Source: a virus (lineage: Duplodnaviria; Caudoviricetes). Taken from it: a stretch of DNA of 40,262 nucleotides. Shown piece after piece: positions 19,176 to 28,324 of the stretch (position 1 is its first letter; each line of letters begins with the position of its first letter). The notes beneath the pieces were generated by a model. The model ran no database searches, was not told the DNA's origin, and saw nothing but the letters and a program-made list of their open reading frames with translations. Location: the IMG/VR virus record IMGVR_UViG_3300017761_005091, positions 1 through 40,262 of that record. One strand, given 5' to 3'. Both the position numbers and the translations under genes were made by a program.

Positions 19176-20195
19176 TTATGAGAGTAAACCTCTAAATCGA
19201 CATCCACGAATACATTCTACTTTTAAAGTTGAATCAAGCACAAGACCTTCACTTAAACTTGCTTGATCATCCCAATTAATTGTAGTTAAATATAAGTCTA
19301 ATGAAGGATTTAATAATGATGAATGGAATGTTCCTGTACCAACATTTGTAGTAGTATTAAATCCACTCCAAACTTCCCATCTACTATTTGCAGCACTCCA
19401 AAATACATAATATTTTCCTACAACTCCACCTTCATTATAGTTAATTACATAAAATGGTTGACCATTTACTAAAGCTGGTTCTGGTAAAATATTTGAATAT
19501 TGATATATATTAATTGTACCTTCTCTACTTCTTCGAGTTTGTAAACATAAGTATAAATTAGAACCAAAATAATTTTCTAAAAATGCGTAATAAGCATCAG
19601 CATGTGACATTAATATGTCATCATTAATACATCTTATTAAAAGTCCTTTTGCTTCTTCAGGTTTTTTTGGATCACCCATAATTATCATAAACATGTCTTG
19701 CATTTCAACTTGTGTAAGTCCTGTTGATAATAAAAATTCATATATAAATTTTAATCCACTATGACCACCAATAGTATTAATTTCTACTATTCCAAAATTT
19801 TCAACATAATATCGTATAAAATTTTGACCAGGTGAACTATCTCCTAATAATAAAGACAACTGATTTACATAAAACATAAAATCAGATGTTGATCCACATT
19901 GTGTGTAAGCATCACCATAAGATGTCGGAATGTGTTGTAAATCTGGAAATTCGGAACCATAAGTTTCTAAAAATTTTACTATTTCTTGTGAATTTACAAA
20001 TATAGAAAGACAACATAAATCGCCTACATCATTTTCGTTTTCTATAAAGAATTTATAAAAATTATAAAAGCTTTTAAAATCTGAATAATTACTCAAAGAG
20101 TATGGACCATCGCAATCTGGACAACATAAATTAAACTTTGTTAATATGAGTCCATTGCTTATTGCACTATCAAATGAGGTTATATCTCCTGCCAT
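19176..20195 (-). CDS. Cys-rich hypothetical virion protein
   Basis: CCPDCD...CC...GIVEI...GLLIRC, followed by a beta-rich C-terminal module (NGQPFY...VFWSAANSRW). Confidence 0.65.
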   Translation of the reverse strand: MAGDITSFDSAISNGLILTKFNLCCPDCDGPYSLSNYSDFKSFYNFYKFFIENENDVGDLCCLSIFVNSQEIVKFLETYGSEFPDLQHIPTSYGDAYTQCGSTSDFMFYVNQLSLLLGDSSPGQNFIRYYVENFGIVEINTIGGHSGLKFIYEFLLSTGLTQVEMQDMFMIIMGDPKKPEEAKGLLIRCINDDILMSHADAYYAFLENYFGSNLYLCLQTRRSREGTINIYQYSNILPEPALVNGQPFYVINYNEGGVVGKYYVFWSAANSRWEVWSGFNTTTNVGTGTFHSSLLNPSLDLYLTTINWDDQASLSEGLVLDSTLKVECIRGCRFRGLLS

Positions 20196-20207
20196 TTTTT
20201 TTAATTT

Positions 20208-20879
20208 TTATTTTTTATTAGTGTAACCTGCTGTTAAAGCAGCATAGTTTAAGAAATATGTAATTGGATTTTCACAACAACTTGTACATAATACTTCTGG
20301 TACAATTGTAACGCTTGATTCTAATTCTTCTGATTGATCAGATCTTACAAATGCAACATTCTCATAAGAACCTGAACAATTAACTTTAACAACCATTGTT
20401 AGTACTGATACTTGGTACGGAGCCATTGTTCCAATTAACCAAAATTGAGAACCTGTATATGTACCATCAGTTACAGTATAACTTATTAGTTCAAACCCGT
20501 CTTGTAATACATCTTCAACAATAACGTTTGTTGCTGTAGAATTACCTGCATTACTTACAACAATTGTAAATGTAATTTGAGATTCTACAAGCGGTGTTAA
20601 ATCACTTGCTGTTTTCTCAATTGTTATAACACCACCACTTAAACAACAGTCACAAATTCTTGCAGCTAATGTTTGTATAATAGTGTTTAAATTTTGATTA
20701 GTAGTAATACCAACACATGAAATATTTGGACCAGTGTATATCACACAATTTCCGTCATATATTTCAACACAATCTTCTCCATCACATTGAGGAGGAGTTG
20801 GTGGAACCGGTGGAGGAGTTGGAGGACAACATTGATTACAATTACATGCTGAATTGCAATTAGGATCTGTACATGCCAT
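20208..20879 (-). CDS. Cys-rich protein with a DUF11-type Ig-like domain
   Basis: ITIEKTAS...QITFTIVVSNAGNSTATNVIVEDVL...W.IG.MA is the typical DUF11 'conserved repeat domain' signature; N-terminal CVIYTGPNISC motif. Confidence 0.75.
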   Translation of the reverse strand: MACTDPNCNSACNCNQCCPPTPPPVPPTPPQCDGEDCVEIYDGNCVIYTGPNISCVGITTNQNLNTIIQTLAARICDCCLSGGVITIEKTASDLTPLVESQITFTIVVSNAGNSTATNVIVEDVLQDGFELISYTVTDGTYTGSQFWLIGTMAPYQVSVLTMVVKVNCSGSYENVAFVRSDQSEELESSVTIVPEVLCTSCCENPITYFLNYAALTAGYTNKK

Positions 20880-20899
20880 TTTATATATTTTTAATTTTA

Positions 20900-22537
20900 T
20901 TAATTACAACTACCATATTTTGAATCAAATTCTACAGACGGTTCTGAAATAAATACACCACAGAACAAACTTTTAGTCCATGTTCCACAAGTTCCATCAA
21001 CACAATTTGTTAATTTACTTGAAATATATGTTTCTTCATTTGATAAAGATTCCCTTGGTAATATTTCAAATGTAACATCTTCATAAACAGGTTCTACAAA
21101 TTCACATGAAATAATTTTAAATCTTGCAATAATTGTTAAAGGGTTAGCTGTGTTATTAGGAACAACAATTCTTGTATCTTTTGTTAATAGATCAAAACTT
21201 ATTGTTGTTTCAACTGGTGTATATGTATTTTCAACTCCTTCAGTAGTTGTACATAAAGATGTTGCTAAGTTTCTATTTTGAATTTTTGGGTTTACAGTAT
21301 ACAATACCAAAGGATTTCTTAATACACCTTTTAACATAGATGGTTGTGATTTTCCACATTTATATATTGAACTAACATGAACTATATATTCAACATCAAC
21401 TTTTATGTTTTCACTTGCAATAGTTAATGTATTTGTTTGATCATCTATTTGTGATTTAGTTTGAGTAAATAATGGTTTTTCAAATTTTGTATCTGACACA
21501 TTATATACCTCAATAACATATGAAGTAGGAGCTTGTACATCTATTACAGACGTTTTTTCCCAATATATTGTAGCAGTATATTCATTTACAGTTCCTAATT
21601 CTAAGTTTTCAGGTGATAACAAAATACAAGGAACATCAAATGTAGCATTTGCAATTTGAATTATCTTGCTTCTCATATCTCCAATTGTTAACCACAAATT
21701 AGTAAGTGAAGCTCCAACATTATTTACAGAAACTGACCATGTAGGTATTGCTTTCATTTGCAATGAGCTATTCATCAATTGAGGCAAATTAGGCAAGTTT
21801 GAAATTTGAGAGTTTATACCACGATATAATAAAGCAGAAGTTCCAATAACAGAAGTTAAGTTGCAATAGTTTCTTTCAAATACTGTAAATGCATCTTGAA
21901 TTAATATTTGTTGTCCTGGTGTGCCACTTGAAGCACATTGTGATACTATATAAATATCATTAGTAGAAGCTTTTGACGATTTAGCAAATTCATTTTCTAA
22001 ATCCTTTATTGCTTTTTCAGCATTAAATATTCTACCTTGAGTTGTGTTTATTACAAGTATAGTTTCTGCCAATTTAGTTGCAGCAACTCTAATATATTTT
22101 GATTGTTCTAATACTTTTATATAATCACCATTTTCATCAAAATAAGCAATACCGTCTGGTAATTCTATTATTGGCTCACTTGATGAAGACTGTCCTACAA
22201 CTCTTGCTCCAGATAATAATGTAGAACGTGTTCCTATAGGATCAATACCACAAGAATAATTTATTATTAATTGAATTAATTCTTCAAGATTTGTTGGTTC
22301 ATCTCCACGTGGAGCATCCGGTGGAAGTAAACATGCAAAGTCGATATTATTAATATCAAAAATATTTTCTGACAACTCACATAAGTAAGTTGCAAGTTTA
22401 AATACAACTTCATCTATAGCATCACCAGCACATAAATCTATACAAGGAATATCTGGTCCTTGCCATATCACACATGCTGTAGATATTTTTGGACAGTTTT
22501 CTCTATTTGAACCTGGATTATTTACTGGTACTCCCAT
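20900..22537 (-). CDS. Putative fibre/decoration protein with Cys adaptor motif, coiled coil and FN3-like domain
   Basis: CVIWQGPDIPC motif; coiled-coil-like AEKAIKDLENEF; FN3-like PENL...ATIYW...SYVIEVY...EYIVHVSS. Confidence 0.6.
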   Translation of the reverse strand: MGVPVNNPGSNRENCPKISTACVIWQGPDIPCIDLCAGDAIDEVVFKLATYLCELSENIFDINNIDFACLLPPDAPRGDEPTNLEELIQLIINYSCGIDPIGTRSTLLSGARVVGQSSSSEPIIELPDGIAYFDENGDYIKVLEQSKYIRVAATKLAETILVINTTQGRIFNAEKAIKDLENEFAKSSKASTNDIYIVSQCASSGTPGQQILIQDAFTVFERNYCNLTSVIGTSALLYRGINSQISNLPNLPQLMNSSLQMKAIPTWSVSVNNVGASLTNLWLTIGDMRSKIIQIANATFDVPCILLSPENLELGTVNEYTATIYWEKTSVIDVQAPTSYVIEVYNVSDTKFEKPLFTQTKSQIDDQTNTLTIASENIKVDVEYIVHVSSIYKCGKSQPSMLKGVLRNPLVLYTVNPKIQNRNLATSLCTTTEGVENTYTPVETTISFDLLTKDTRIVVPNNTANPLTIIARFKIISCEFVEPVYEDVTFEILPRESLSNEETYISSKLTNCVDGTCGTWTKSLFCGVFISEPSVEFDSKYGSCN

Positions 22538-22539
22538 GT

Positions 22540-22791
22540 TTATAGTGTGTTTATTTTTTCTTTAATTGTTGATAATGAACAACCATTACTCATTATACAT
22601 AAACAAGCTTCCATTTCAGTTGCTCGAATTAACAAGTTGCGCAAATCGTCAGCAAAATCAGCATCAATAAGAGCACTACAGTTTTTCAAACCATATCTCT
22701 TTTGCTTATATTTTGCATACACAGCTTGTGCAAATACTTCATTTATTCGTACTAATTCTGATGATGTACAACTATGTTCAGATAAATTCAT
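22540..22791 (-). CDS. Small hypothetical protein
   Basis: 83-aa ORF, tightly packed; its ATG overlaps the upstream stop (TAATG). Confidence 0.65.
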   Translation of the reverse strand: MNLSEHSCTSSELVRINEVFAQAVYAKYKQKRYGLKNCSALIDADFADDLRNLLIRATEMEACLCIMSNGCSLSTIKEKINTL

Positions 22792-22946
22792 TATTTATTT
22801 TTATTCAGTGTGTGATTATTTTTTAATGCTGCAAGTTGTTGTTCATACTGTGTTAAACAATTTGAACATACTTGTACACCATTAGTAGCTGTTCTATTTT
22901 GACATCCACAGCTTAAAGGAGTTTTACAGTTATTACATTGTGCCAT
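22791..22946 (-). CDS. Small Cys-rich, probable Zn-binding protein (51 aa, not in the ORF track)
   Basis: Manual translation MAQCNNCKTPLSCGCQNRTATNGVQVCSNCLTQYEQQLAALKNNHTLNKNK*; it fills the intergenic gap and its stop overlaps the next start. Confidence 0.75.
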   Translation of the reverse strand: MAQCNNCKTPLSCGCQNRTATNGVQVCSNCLTQYEQQLAALKNNHTLNKNK

Positions 22947-22964
22947 TGGTTTTGGTATTTAAAG

Positions 22965-23531
22965 TTAATGATTACATGTTATACAACATCCGGTAAGATA
23001 TTTTGCAAGCAATCTTTCTGCATACTCATACATTTCTACAGCTTGAACTGGTGCATGACAATATTCTGCTTTTGCTTTTGCAGCATCAGCGTACATTTTA
23101 ATATATCTTAAATCATGCATTTTTTGGTGTTGTTCTGCAGTAGGTTCACATGCTTGAAGTTGCACTTTACAAATTTCTCTGTAATATGTATTTACTAAAT
23201 GTGTTGTTCTTAAATGATAGTATTGTACAAAAACTAAATCATTAGGAGATACACTATATCTAATTGTATATAATCCATCAGGAAGAATTCCTGGATCTGT
23301 ATTTGGTGCAGTAATTCCTAAATCTGATGTTGATAAATTTAACACAAAATTTGGAGCAAGACCATCGTCTTCTGTATAATAAATTGGTAAAGAAAAACCA
23401 GGTAAGTATATATCAAGTCTTGGACAATCAATTGCCAATCCTTCTCCATACACAGACGCGTCTAATATTCTAATTATATTTTCACAAGCTGTTTCTGGAA
23501 TATCCAAACAAAGGTGATGTTTAATTGCCAT
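22965..23531 (-). CDS. Putative virion structural protein (tail hub/fibre docking candidate)
   Basis: 188 aa with LPDGLYTIRYSVSP motif; first gene of the fibre block. Confidence 0.55.
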   Translation of the reverse strand: MAIKHHLCLDIPETACENIIRILDASVYGEGLAIDCPRLDIYLPGFSLPIYYTEDDGLAPNFVLNLSTSDLGITAPNTDPGILPDGLYTIRYSVSPNDLVFVQYYHLRTTHLVNTYYREICKVQLQACEPTAEQHQKMHDLRYIKMYADAAKAKAEYCHAPVQAVEMYEYAERLLAKYLTGCCITCNH

Positions 23532-23558
23532 AACTGATTTATATTTATATCATTACTA

Positions 23559-23578
23559 CAATATGAATTTACAAAAAA
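23559..23578 (-). promoter_or_regulatory. Candidate phage late-promoter motif (TTTTTT GTAAATT CATATTG)
   Basis: Lies directly after a terminator and before the fibre block; matches the motifs at 14360 and 31753. Confidence 0.45.
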
Positions 23579-23585
23579 TAATTAA

Positions 23586-23624
23586 ATAAAACAAAAAAGA
23601 GGAAGCAAATTAATACTTCCTCTG
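23586..23624 (-). terminator. Rho-independent terminator
   Basis: Minus strand AGAGGAAGTA-TTAATT-TGCTTCCTCT followed by TTTTTGTTTT. Confidence 0.75.
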
Positions 23625-23645
23625 ATTTGTTTATATGCTTTATGC

Positions 23646-25277
23646 CTACGGTAATAATGTGAAAGTACAATCGTAGTTATTAGCAGTTTGTAACCATTTA
23701 GTTATACCTTGCTCAAGAGCAGTTAAACGACCTACAGATTGAGGCACAAATATTCTGATTAAGTATTGATCATTATCCATTGTTCCAGAAGGATTGCTCT
23801 TACGTGGAACGCTGTGTAACAAGTTATAAATAAGATATTTATTTGCACGTGTTACTTCACCAAATGGATTATAATCAAGAACTTCTCTCAAACGAGGATC
23901 TTGTTGCCATGGTTCTTGTTGGTATCTCTTAGCTAAGATTAACTCTCTAAGAACAGTTTCACCAAAACCTCTACCTTGAATAGCTTGCTGAACCTCAGCA
24001 GGATTAAAGCATTGAGCTAAACATTGATTTCCTAATGGATCTAATGCAGTAACAGAAGCAAAGATTTCAATTGGTTGATATTCTACGTGATCTCTTGGAG
24101 AAAAAGAACAGTCACCAAACACAGTGTCTACATAAGCACCTACAATTTCAAAGAATGATTCTACAGTGTCAGGAGCTGTAGCACCAGTTAATGGTACATA
24201 AGTTGTAGAGTTGATTGCATCATAAATTTTAGTAACAGTACCAGCAGTAGTTGTTATTGTACCCAAGTTTGTTGTACTTGGAGTTTGAAGAACACTTGCT
24301 GCAACAAGTTGTACTGTACCAGCACCTGTAGCAGGAACATGAGCAGTAGAAACATATGCAGTTAAAGGAGATACAGAAGTAATAGTAGTAGAAGCAACAG
24401 TTTGTGCAATGTTTACTAAGAAAGTAGAACCTGTACCACCACCAAGAGTAACTAAAGATACAATAGTTGTACCAGCAGCAACACCAGTTCCAGTAAGAAC
24501 TTGTCCTACACTAAATCCTGTAGCAGCAGCAGTACCTACAGTAAACAAGTTACCGTTAATAGTACAACCTGTAGCAGATGAAGCAGTAGTTGGAGTAAAA
24601 ATTACTCTATCACCAGCAGCAATACCTGTTCTTTCTGTAACAGTAATAATACCTGCAGTACCTGCAGCAGTAGAAGTAGCAGCAACACCAGAATTTAACA
24701 CTCTGTTCCATACAGTACCTTGTACAAAATCTTTAACAGTTGGGTATAAAGCCAATCTGTCTGCCCATCCTAACAATACAATGTTTGGATCCACATTATT
24801 TTTAGTAGCATCACAACATCCTGTGTAAGCATCTAATGTGAAATAAGCATTGTGAGTTAAGAAACGTAATGCAGGAGAACCTTTAAGATCTAATCTCAAT
24901 CTGTAAGTAGTGTCACAAGTAACATTACATCCAGCAGTAGCAGGAATTTGGAAAACATCTTGCACAGGATTGTTTGGTTCAGATACAGTAAATGCACTGA
25001 TGTACTTAGGGTTAATCCCTTTAGATTTTACAGACTCTTTGTAACCTCCGTGAAAAGGTCCAAGTTTGTCTACAGTGTGAAAACTACCTTGTGCTAAATA
25101 CGCTTGTGAAACCACAGCATAGTCAGGAGAAGCAGTTGACAATGCAACAGACAAATTAGTCGTTGCATTAATAAGGGCAAGTTGACCTGCTGTTAAAGCA
25201 GAACTTGCAGTACCAGCTGCACTAACTAAAGAGTTAGCTACTAAAGCCTTCTGGTAGGCATGAGGAAAATAAGACAT
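23646..25277 (-). CDS. Abundant structural protein (auxiliary capsid/decoration type) with a Thr/Ala/Gly-rich beta-domain insertion
   Basis: 543 aa; last gene of the head operon before a terminator; central insert TINGNLFTV...FSVGQVLTGTGVAAGTTIVS. Confidence 0.55.
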   Translation of the reverse strand: MSYFPHAYQKALVANSLVSAAGTASSALTAGQLALINATTNLSVALSTASPDYAVVSQAYLAQGSFHTVDKLGPFHGGYKESVKSKGINPKYISAFTVSEPNNPVQDVFQIPATAGCNVTCDTTYRLRLDLKGSPALRFLTHNAYFTLDAYTGCCDATKNNVDPNIVLLGWADRLALYPTVKDFVQGTVWNRVLNSGVAATSTAAGTAGIITVTERTGIAAGDRVIFTPTTASSATGCTINGNLFTVGTAAATGFSVGQVLTGTGVAAGTTIVSLVTLGGGTGSTFLVNIAQTVASTTITSVSPLTAYVSTAHVPATGAGTVQLVAASVLQTPSTTNLGTITTTAGTVTKIYDAINSTTYVPLTGATAPDTVESFFEIVGAYVDTVFGDCSFSPRDHVEYQPIEIFASVTALDPLGNQCLAQCFNPAEVQQAIQGRGFGETVLRELILAKRYQQEPWQQDPRLREVLDYNPFGEVTRANKYLIYNLLHSVPRKSNPSGTMDNDQYLIRIFVPQSVGRLTALEQGITKWLQTANNYDCTFTLLP

Positions 25278-25305
25278 AATAAAAATATTTAAAGTTAATA
25301 AAAAT

Positions 25306-25737
25306 TTATTTTAAGAATAGCAGTTTATATTTAATACTATTCATTGTACTTTTGATAATATCAAGGTCGTTTACAATTTCACTGTATGGCATAACTGCCT
25401 GTAATGAACAAACTTGTTGACATAATTCTCTCATATAAGATAATGCTTCTTCTACAGAATTCAAAATTCTTGGAGCAGAATCTTCATAATTTAATAATTT
25501 TTCTGCAGCACCTTGGAATCCTTCTGCTAAAGTATCAGCATGTCCTGGTAATGCATCGTATAATTCATTCAATGCTTTGTGAGCAGAATGTGAACCTAAT
25601 CCTGTAACTTTTAAATGCAACTTATGAAAACTTGTTGCTGCATTCATTAGTTCACCTACTAACATAGACGTTTGTCCTTCAAGAGATGAGCCAGTATTAC
25701 CTGGTCTTTTTAATTTATAATTTGGTGCAAAGTCCAT
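25306..25737 (-). CDS. Dps/ferritin-like four-helix protein
   Basis: HKLHLKVTG...AHKALNELYD...ADTLAEGFQG matches the Dps ferroxidase-centre pattern. Confidence 0.75.
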   Translation of the reverse strand: MDFAPNYKLKRPGNTGSSLEGQTSMLVGELMNAATSFHKLHLKVTGLGSHSAHKALNELYDALPGHADTLAEGFQGAAEKLLNYEDSAPRILNSVEEALSYMRELCQQVCSLQAVMPYSEIVNDLDIIKSTMNSIKYKLLFLK

Positions 25738-25742
25738 GTTTT

Positions 25743-26453
25743 TTAATTATTTAATGTTGCGTTTTGTTTACCTCTTTGGTATTGATTCATTGACTCAATG
25801 TCTCCAGCAAGAATAGATGCTGCTTCATCAATAATTAATTCAACAATGTCATCTTTAAATTCACACAATATGTCACTTGTATAAATTGAACCATCATTTG
25901 GATTCATACATCCTGTAAATCCAATGTCAAGAGGTTTTCTATAATAATACAATACTGGTTTACTCAATTTGAATTCGCCATTTGTATATATTTTAATCCT
26001 ATTGTCTTGTATTGTACAAAAAGTTTCACCCCACTCAGCACTTGGTTGTCTAAAATTATCACCTAATAAATTATCAACGTCTCCAACTTGTGCAAGATAT
26101 GTAATCATAGGTCTTGGATCAGGACAACAATCTGATAAACAGTTTACTGACAATCTTTTAAAATATAAATAGTCACTCGGTAACGGATCTGTTTCATAAA
26201 ATATTGGATATTCTGTTGAATTCCAAGTTATTCCAGTGTCAACCAACATACGCTGAACATCATCAATATTCATCTTTGTAGATTCATCACCTTCTTTCCC
26301 TTGATTATGTCCATGAACTTGTCTACGAAACCATTCAATCTGTGCTTTATTAAATGCTTCAGCAACTTGCCAACACTCAATGTTATCATAATCAAATGAT
26401 GACAGTTTGTTTAGCCTTTGCTTAAGTTTTATTTGTAATAAACTATTTGTCAT
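25743..26453 (-). CDS. Putative ring/neck protein of the crAss-like head module
   Basis: FNKAQIEW, LPSDYLYF and YYRKP..I motifs; synteny downstream of the major capsid gene. Confidence 0.55.
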   Translation of the reverse strand: MTNSLLQIKLKQRLNKLSSFDYDNIECWQVAEAFNKAQIEWFRRQVHGHNQGKEGDESTKMNIDDVQRMLVDTGITWNSTEYPIFYETDPLPSDYLYFKRLSVNCLSDCCPDPRPMITYLAQVGDVDNLLGDNFRQPSAEWGETFCTIQDNRIKIYTNGEFKLSKPVLYYYRKPLDIGFTGCMNPNDGSIYTSDILCEFKDDIVELIIDEAASILAGDIESMNQYQRGKQNATLNN

Positions 26454-26456
26454 GTC

Positions 26457-26699
26457 TTAACATTTCCATTTTTTTAAAGCTAATGCTTTTCTTGTTGGAT
26501 CACCGTTAGGTTTTTTCATAGGTCCTTTTACACCAGACATTCTTGCGCAAAAAGAATCTTTTCTTGCACCACCTCCTGGTTGAGGTGCTTTCAGATTAGA
26601 ACCAGGATTAGCTTTATTATAAGAATCTCTTCCTTTTTGATTTAATCCACCAGAAGGTGACTTACCTTCTTTTCTTTGCCATGCAGGAGTCTTTGCCAT
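26457..26699 (-). CDS. Small basic phage protein
   Basis: MAKTPAWQRKEGKSPSGGLNQKGRDSY...RKDSFCARMSG...ALKKWKC; resembles a small-protein family seen in many phages. Confidence 0.75.
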   Translation of the reverse strand: MAKTPAWQRKEGKSPSGGLNQKGRDSYNKANPGSNLKAPQPGGGARKDSFCARMSGVKGPMKKPNGDPTRKALALKKWKC

Positions 26700-26704
26700 C
26701 GTGA

Positions 26705-26827
26705 TTACTTTTTAGATGTTTTTTTAGCACCTGCAATTCTATCAGCAAAAGTTATCTTGTTCTTAGGAGCTGCCAAAGAAGCAAACTTTTTCTGTGCAGG
26801 TGTTTTAGGTGTTTTACCAGTTGCCAT
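26705..26827 (-). CDS. Tiny Lys-rich protein (40 aa, not in the ORF track)
   Basis: MATGKTPKTPAQKKFASLAAPKNKITFADRIAGAKKTSKK*; tiles closely with its neighbours. Confidence 0.7.
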   Translation of the reverse strand: MATGKTPKTPAQKKFASLAAPKNKITFADRIAGAKKTSKK

Positions 26828-26828
26828 T

Positions 26829-26975
26829 TTATTTACCTTTAGATTTTATTTTTTTCTCTTGTTTCAACATTTCTGCTGTAGGTTTCTTTCCAGAACCTTT
26901 GTTTGCTCTAATATTATCCCAAAGACCTCTTTGAGAAGTAGAACCATCTGCGCGTTTAATCATTTGCTTTGCCAT
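26829..26975 (-). CDS. Tiny Lys-rich protein (48 aa, not in the ORF track)
   Basis: MAKQMIKRADGSTSQRGLWDNIRANKGSGKKPTAEMLKQEKKIKSKGK*. Confidence 0.7.
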   Translation of the reverse strand: MAKQMIKRADGSTSQRGLWDNIRANKGSGKKPTAEMLKQEKKIKSKGK

Positions 26976-26979
26976 CGTA

Positions 26980-27108
26980 TTAACATTTTTTACCACCTTT
27001 CATACCACCATATTTCATAGATGATATAATTGGTTTTGTTTGTTGTTTATTTACAGGTTTTTTTGCTTCTGCAGCATCTTTTGCTAATTGTTTTTTATTG
27101 AATGCCAT
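26980..27108 (-). CDS. Tiny Lys-rich protein with an MKYGG motif (42 aa, not in the ORF track)
   Basis: MAFNKKQLAKDAAEAKKPVNKQQTKPIISSMKYGGMKGGKKC*. Confidence 0.7.
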   Translation of the reverse strand: MAFNKKQLAKDAAEAKKPVNKQQTKPIISSMKYGGMKGGKKC

Positions 27109-27124
27109 ATCTATATATTTTAAA

Positions 27125-28141
27125 TTACACGTTCCAATATTGTTCTGTTGTCAATGTAAGTTCTGATAAAATCTCATCATTCAATGGATTCTTCAAGAAC
27201 ATTACAACATCAGAAGGATTCTTTCCTAACATACTTCCAGATTTTAAATGGTAAATATAACCATCTCCTCTTGTTGAAATTAATTTGTAAAAGTTTGCGT
27301 CTTTTACAATTGCTCTTAATTTCAATGTTTCCATATCTAAGGCAGCAATCTCTATAAACTTACCAGCTGTTTTACGTTTATCTTTATCAACAGTGTCACC
27401 ATTAATATAGCTATCCATGTTCTCATACATCACATCAAGTGGTGTAGATTTTTTGTATTGTGTTGAATTTGCATCAATCACTTTGCACACATAAAACAAC
27501 TTGTTAGCATTTTTGTCAAATAATTTTTGTAATTCTGATAATGCTTTATTTCTAAGTTTTTTAACTTCAGTTCTAATAGAAGCTGTTTCTTCATACTTGT
27601 CTAAGTAAAACTTATATGGTACTGATGCATTTCTTGCTACTTCTAATGATTTTGCAACAATAGAAAAACCACCAGCTTCAATTGCACGTAACTTGATTAA
27701 ATCATATGGATCACCTACTGGATCTAAATAAACCGGTTCATTACCAAATCTCATTGTAATTTTACTCCAAAACTCATCATTGTCAGGTCTAAGTAATTTT
27801 ACTTTGCTCCAAAACTGATCATCATTAACATCTAATACATTTGCTGCCAATTCTCTTTCTAATTGTGCAACAGTTATTCTAATGTCTTTGATTGCTGCTT
27901 CTGCATCATCCGGATTCATCAATTTAATTTCAGGAGCAAATTCATTTAATCCTGAAACATATCTTCTGATACCATTGTATTCAAGACACGCTAATGATTC
28001 TTCATGAAACACTCCTTCAAATAGTGCCATCTGATACTTTTCTAATCCCATGTTTGCCATCTCGTTGTCAACGTATGGTCTAATTGTCAATGAACTGTTT
28101 CTTTTTAACGACTGATGTTTGTCGATTACCGTTACTTCCAT
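27125..28141 (-). CDS. Conserved crAss-like head-module protein downstream of the major capsid gene
   Basis: 338 aa; DDQFWSK/NDEFWSK motifs and a C-terminal LGKN...FLKNPLN; synteny. Confidence 0.6.
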   Translation of the reverse strand: MEVTVIDKHQSLKRNSSLTIRPYVDNEMANMGLEKYQMALFEGVFHEESLACLEYNGIRRYVSGLNEFAPEIKLMNPDDAEAAIKDIRITVAQLERELAANVLDVNDDQFWSKVKLLRPDNDEFWSKITMRFGNEPVYLDPVGDPYDLIKLRAIEAGGFSIVAKSLEVARNASVPYKFYLDKYEETASIRTEVKKLRNKALSELQKLFDKNANKLFYVCKVIDANSTQYKKSTPLDVMYENMDSYINGDTVDKDKRKTAGKFIEIAALDMETLKLRAIVKDANFYKLISTRGDGYIYHLKSGSMLGKNPSDVVMFLKNPLNDEILSELTLTTEQYWNV

Positions 28142-28184
28142 GTTTGTTTAATTAAGTTGGTTGTATTCTTCTTTTCTCTGTTTT

Positions 28185-28308
28185 TTTGTAACTCTTAGTT
28201 TAAAGCTCCTAAACCACGTCAAGGTTGTTACATCTTAGGAGGAGTACCTACATTTCTGCAGGTACGGAAGTAGACCATGTCAACTTCGGGGAGAGAGGGT
28301 ATCTCTTT
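28185..28308 (-). ncRNA. Candidate structured RNA (four adjacent hairpins, possible pseudoknot)
   Basis: Non-coding gap richer in GC than its flanks, with abutting stems including GTACCTGCA-GAAA-TGTAGGTAC and CTCCTAAG...TTTAGGAG. Confidence 0.5.
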
Positions 28309-28324
28309 TTTTGCTTACGCAAAT

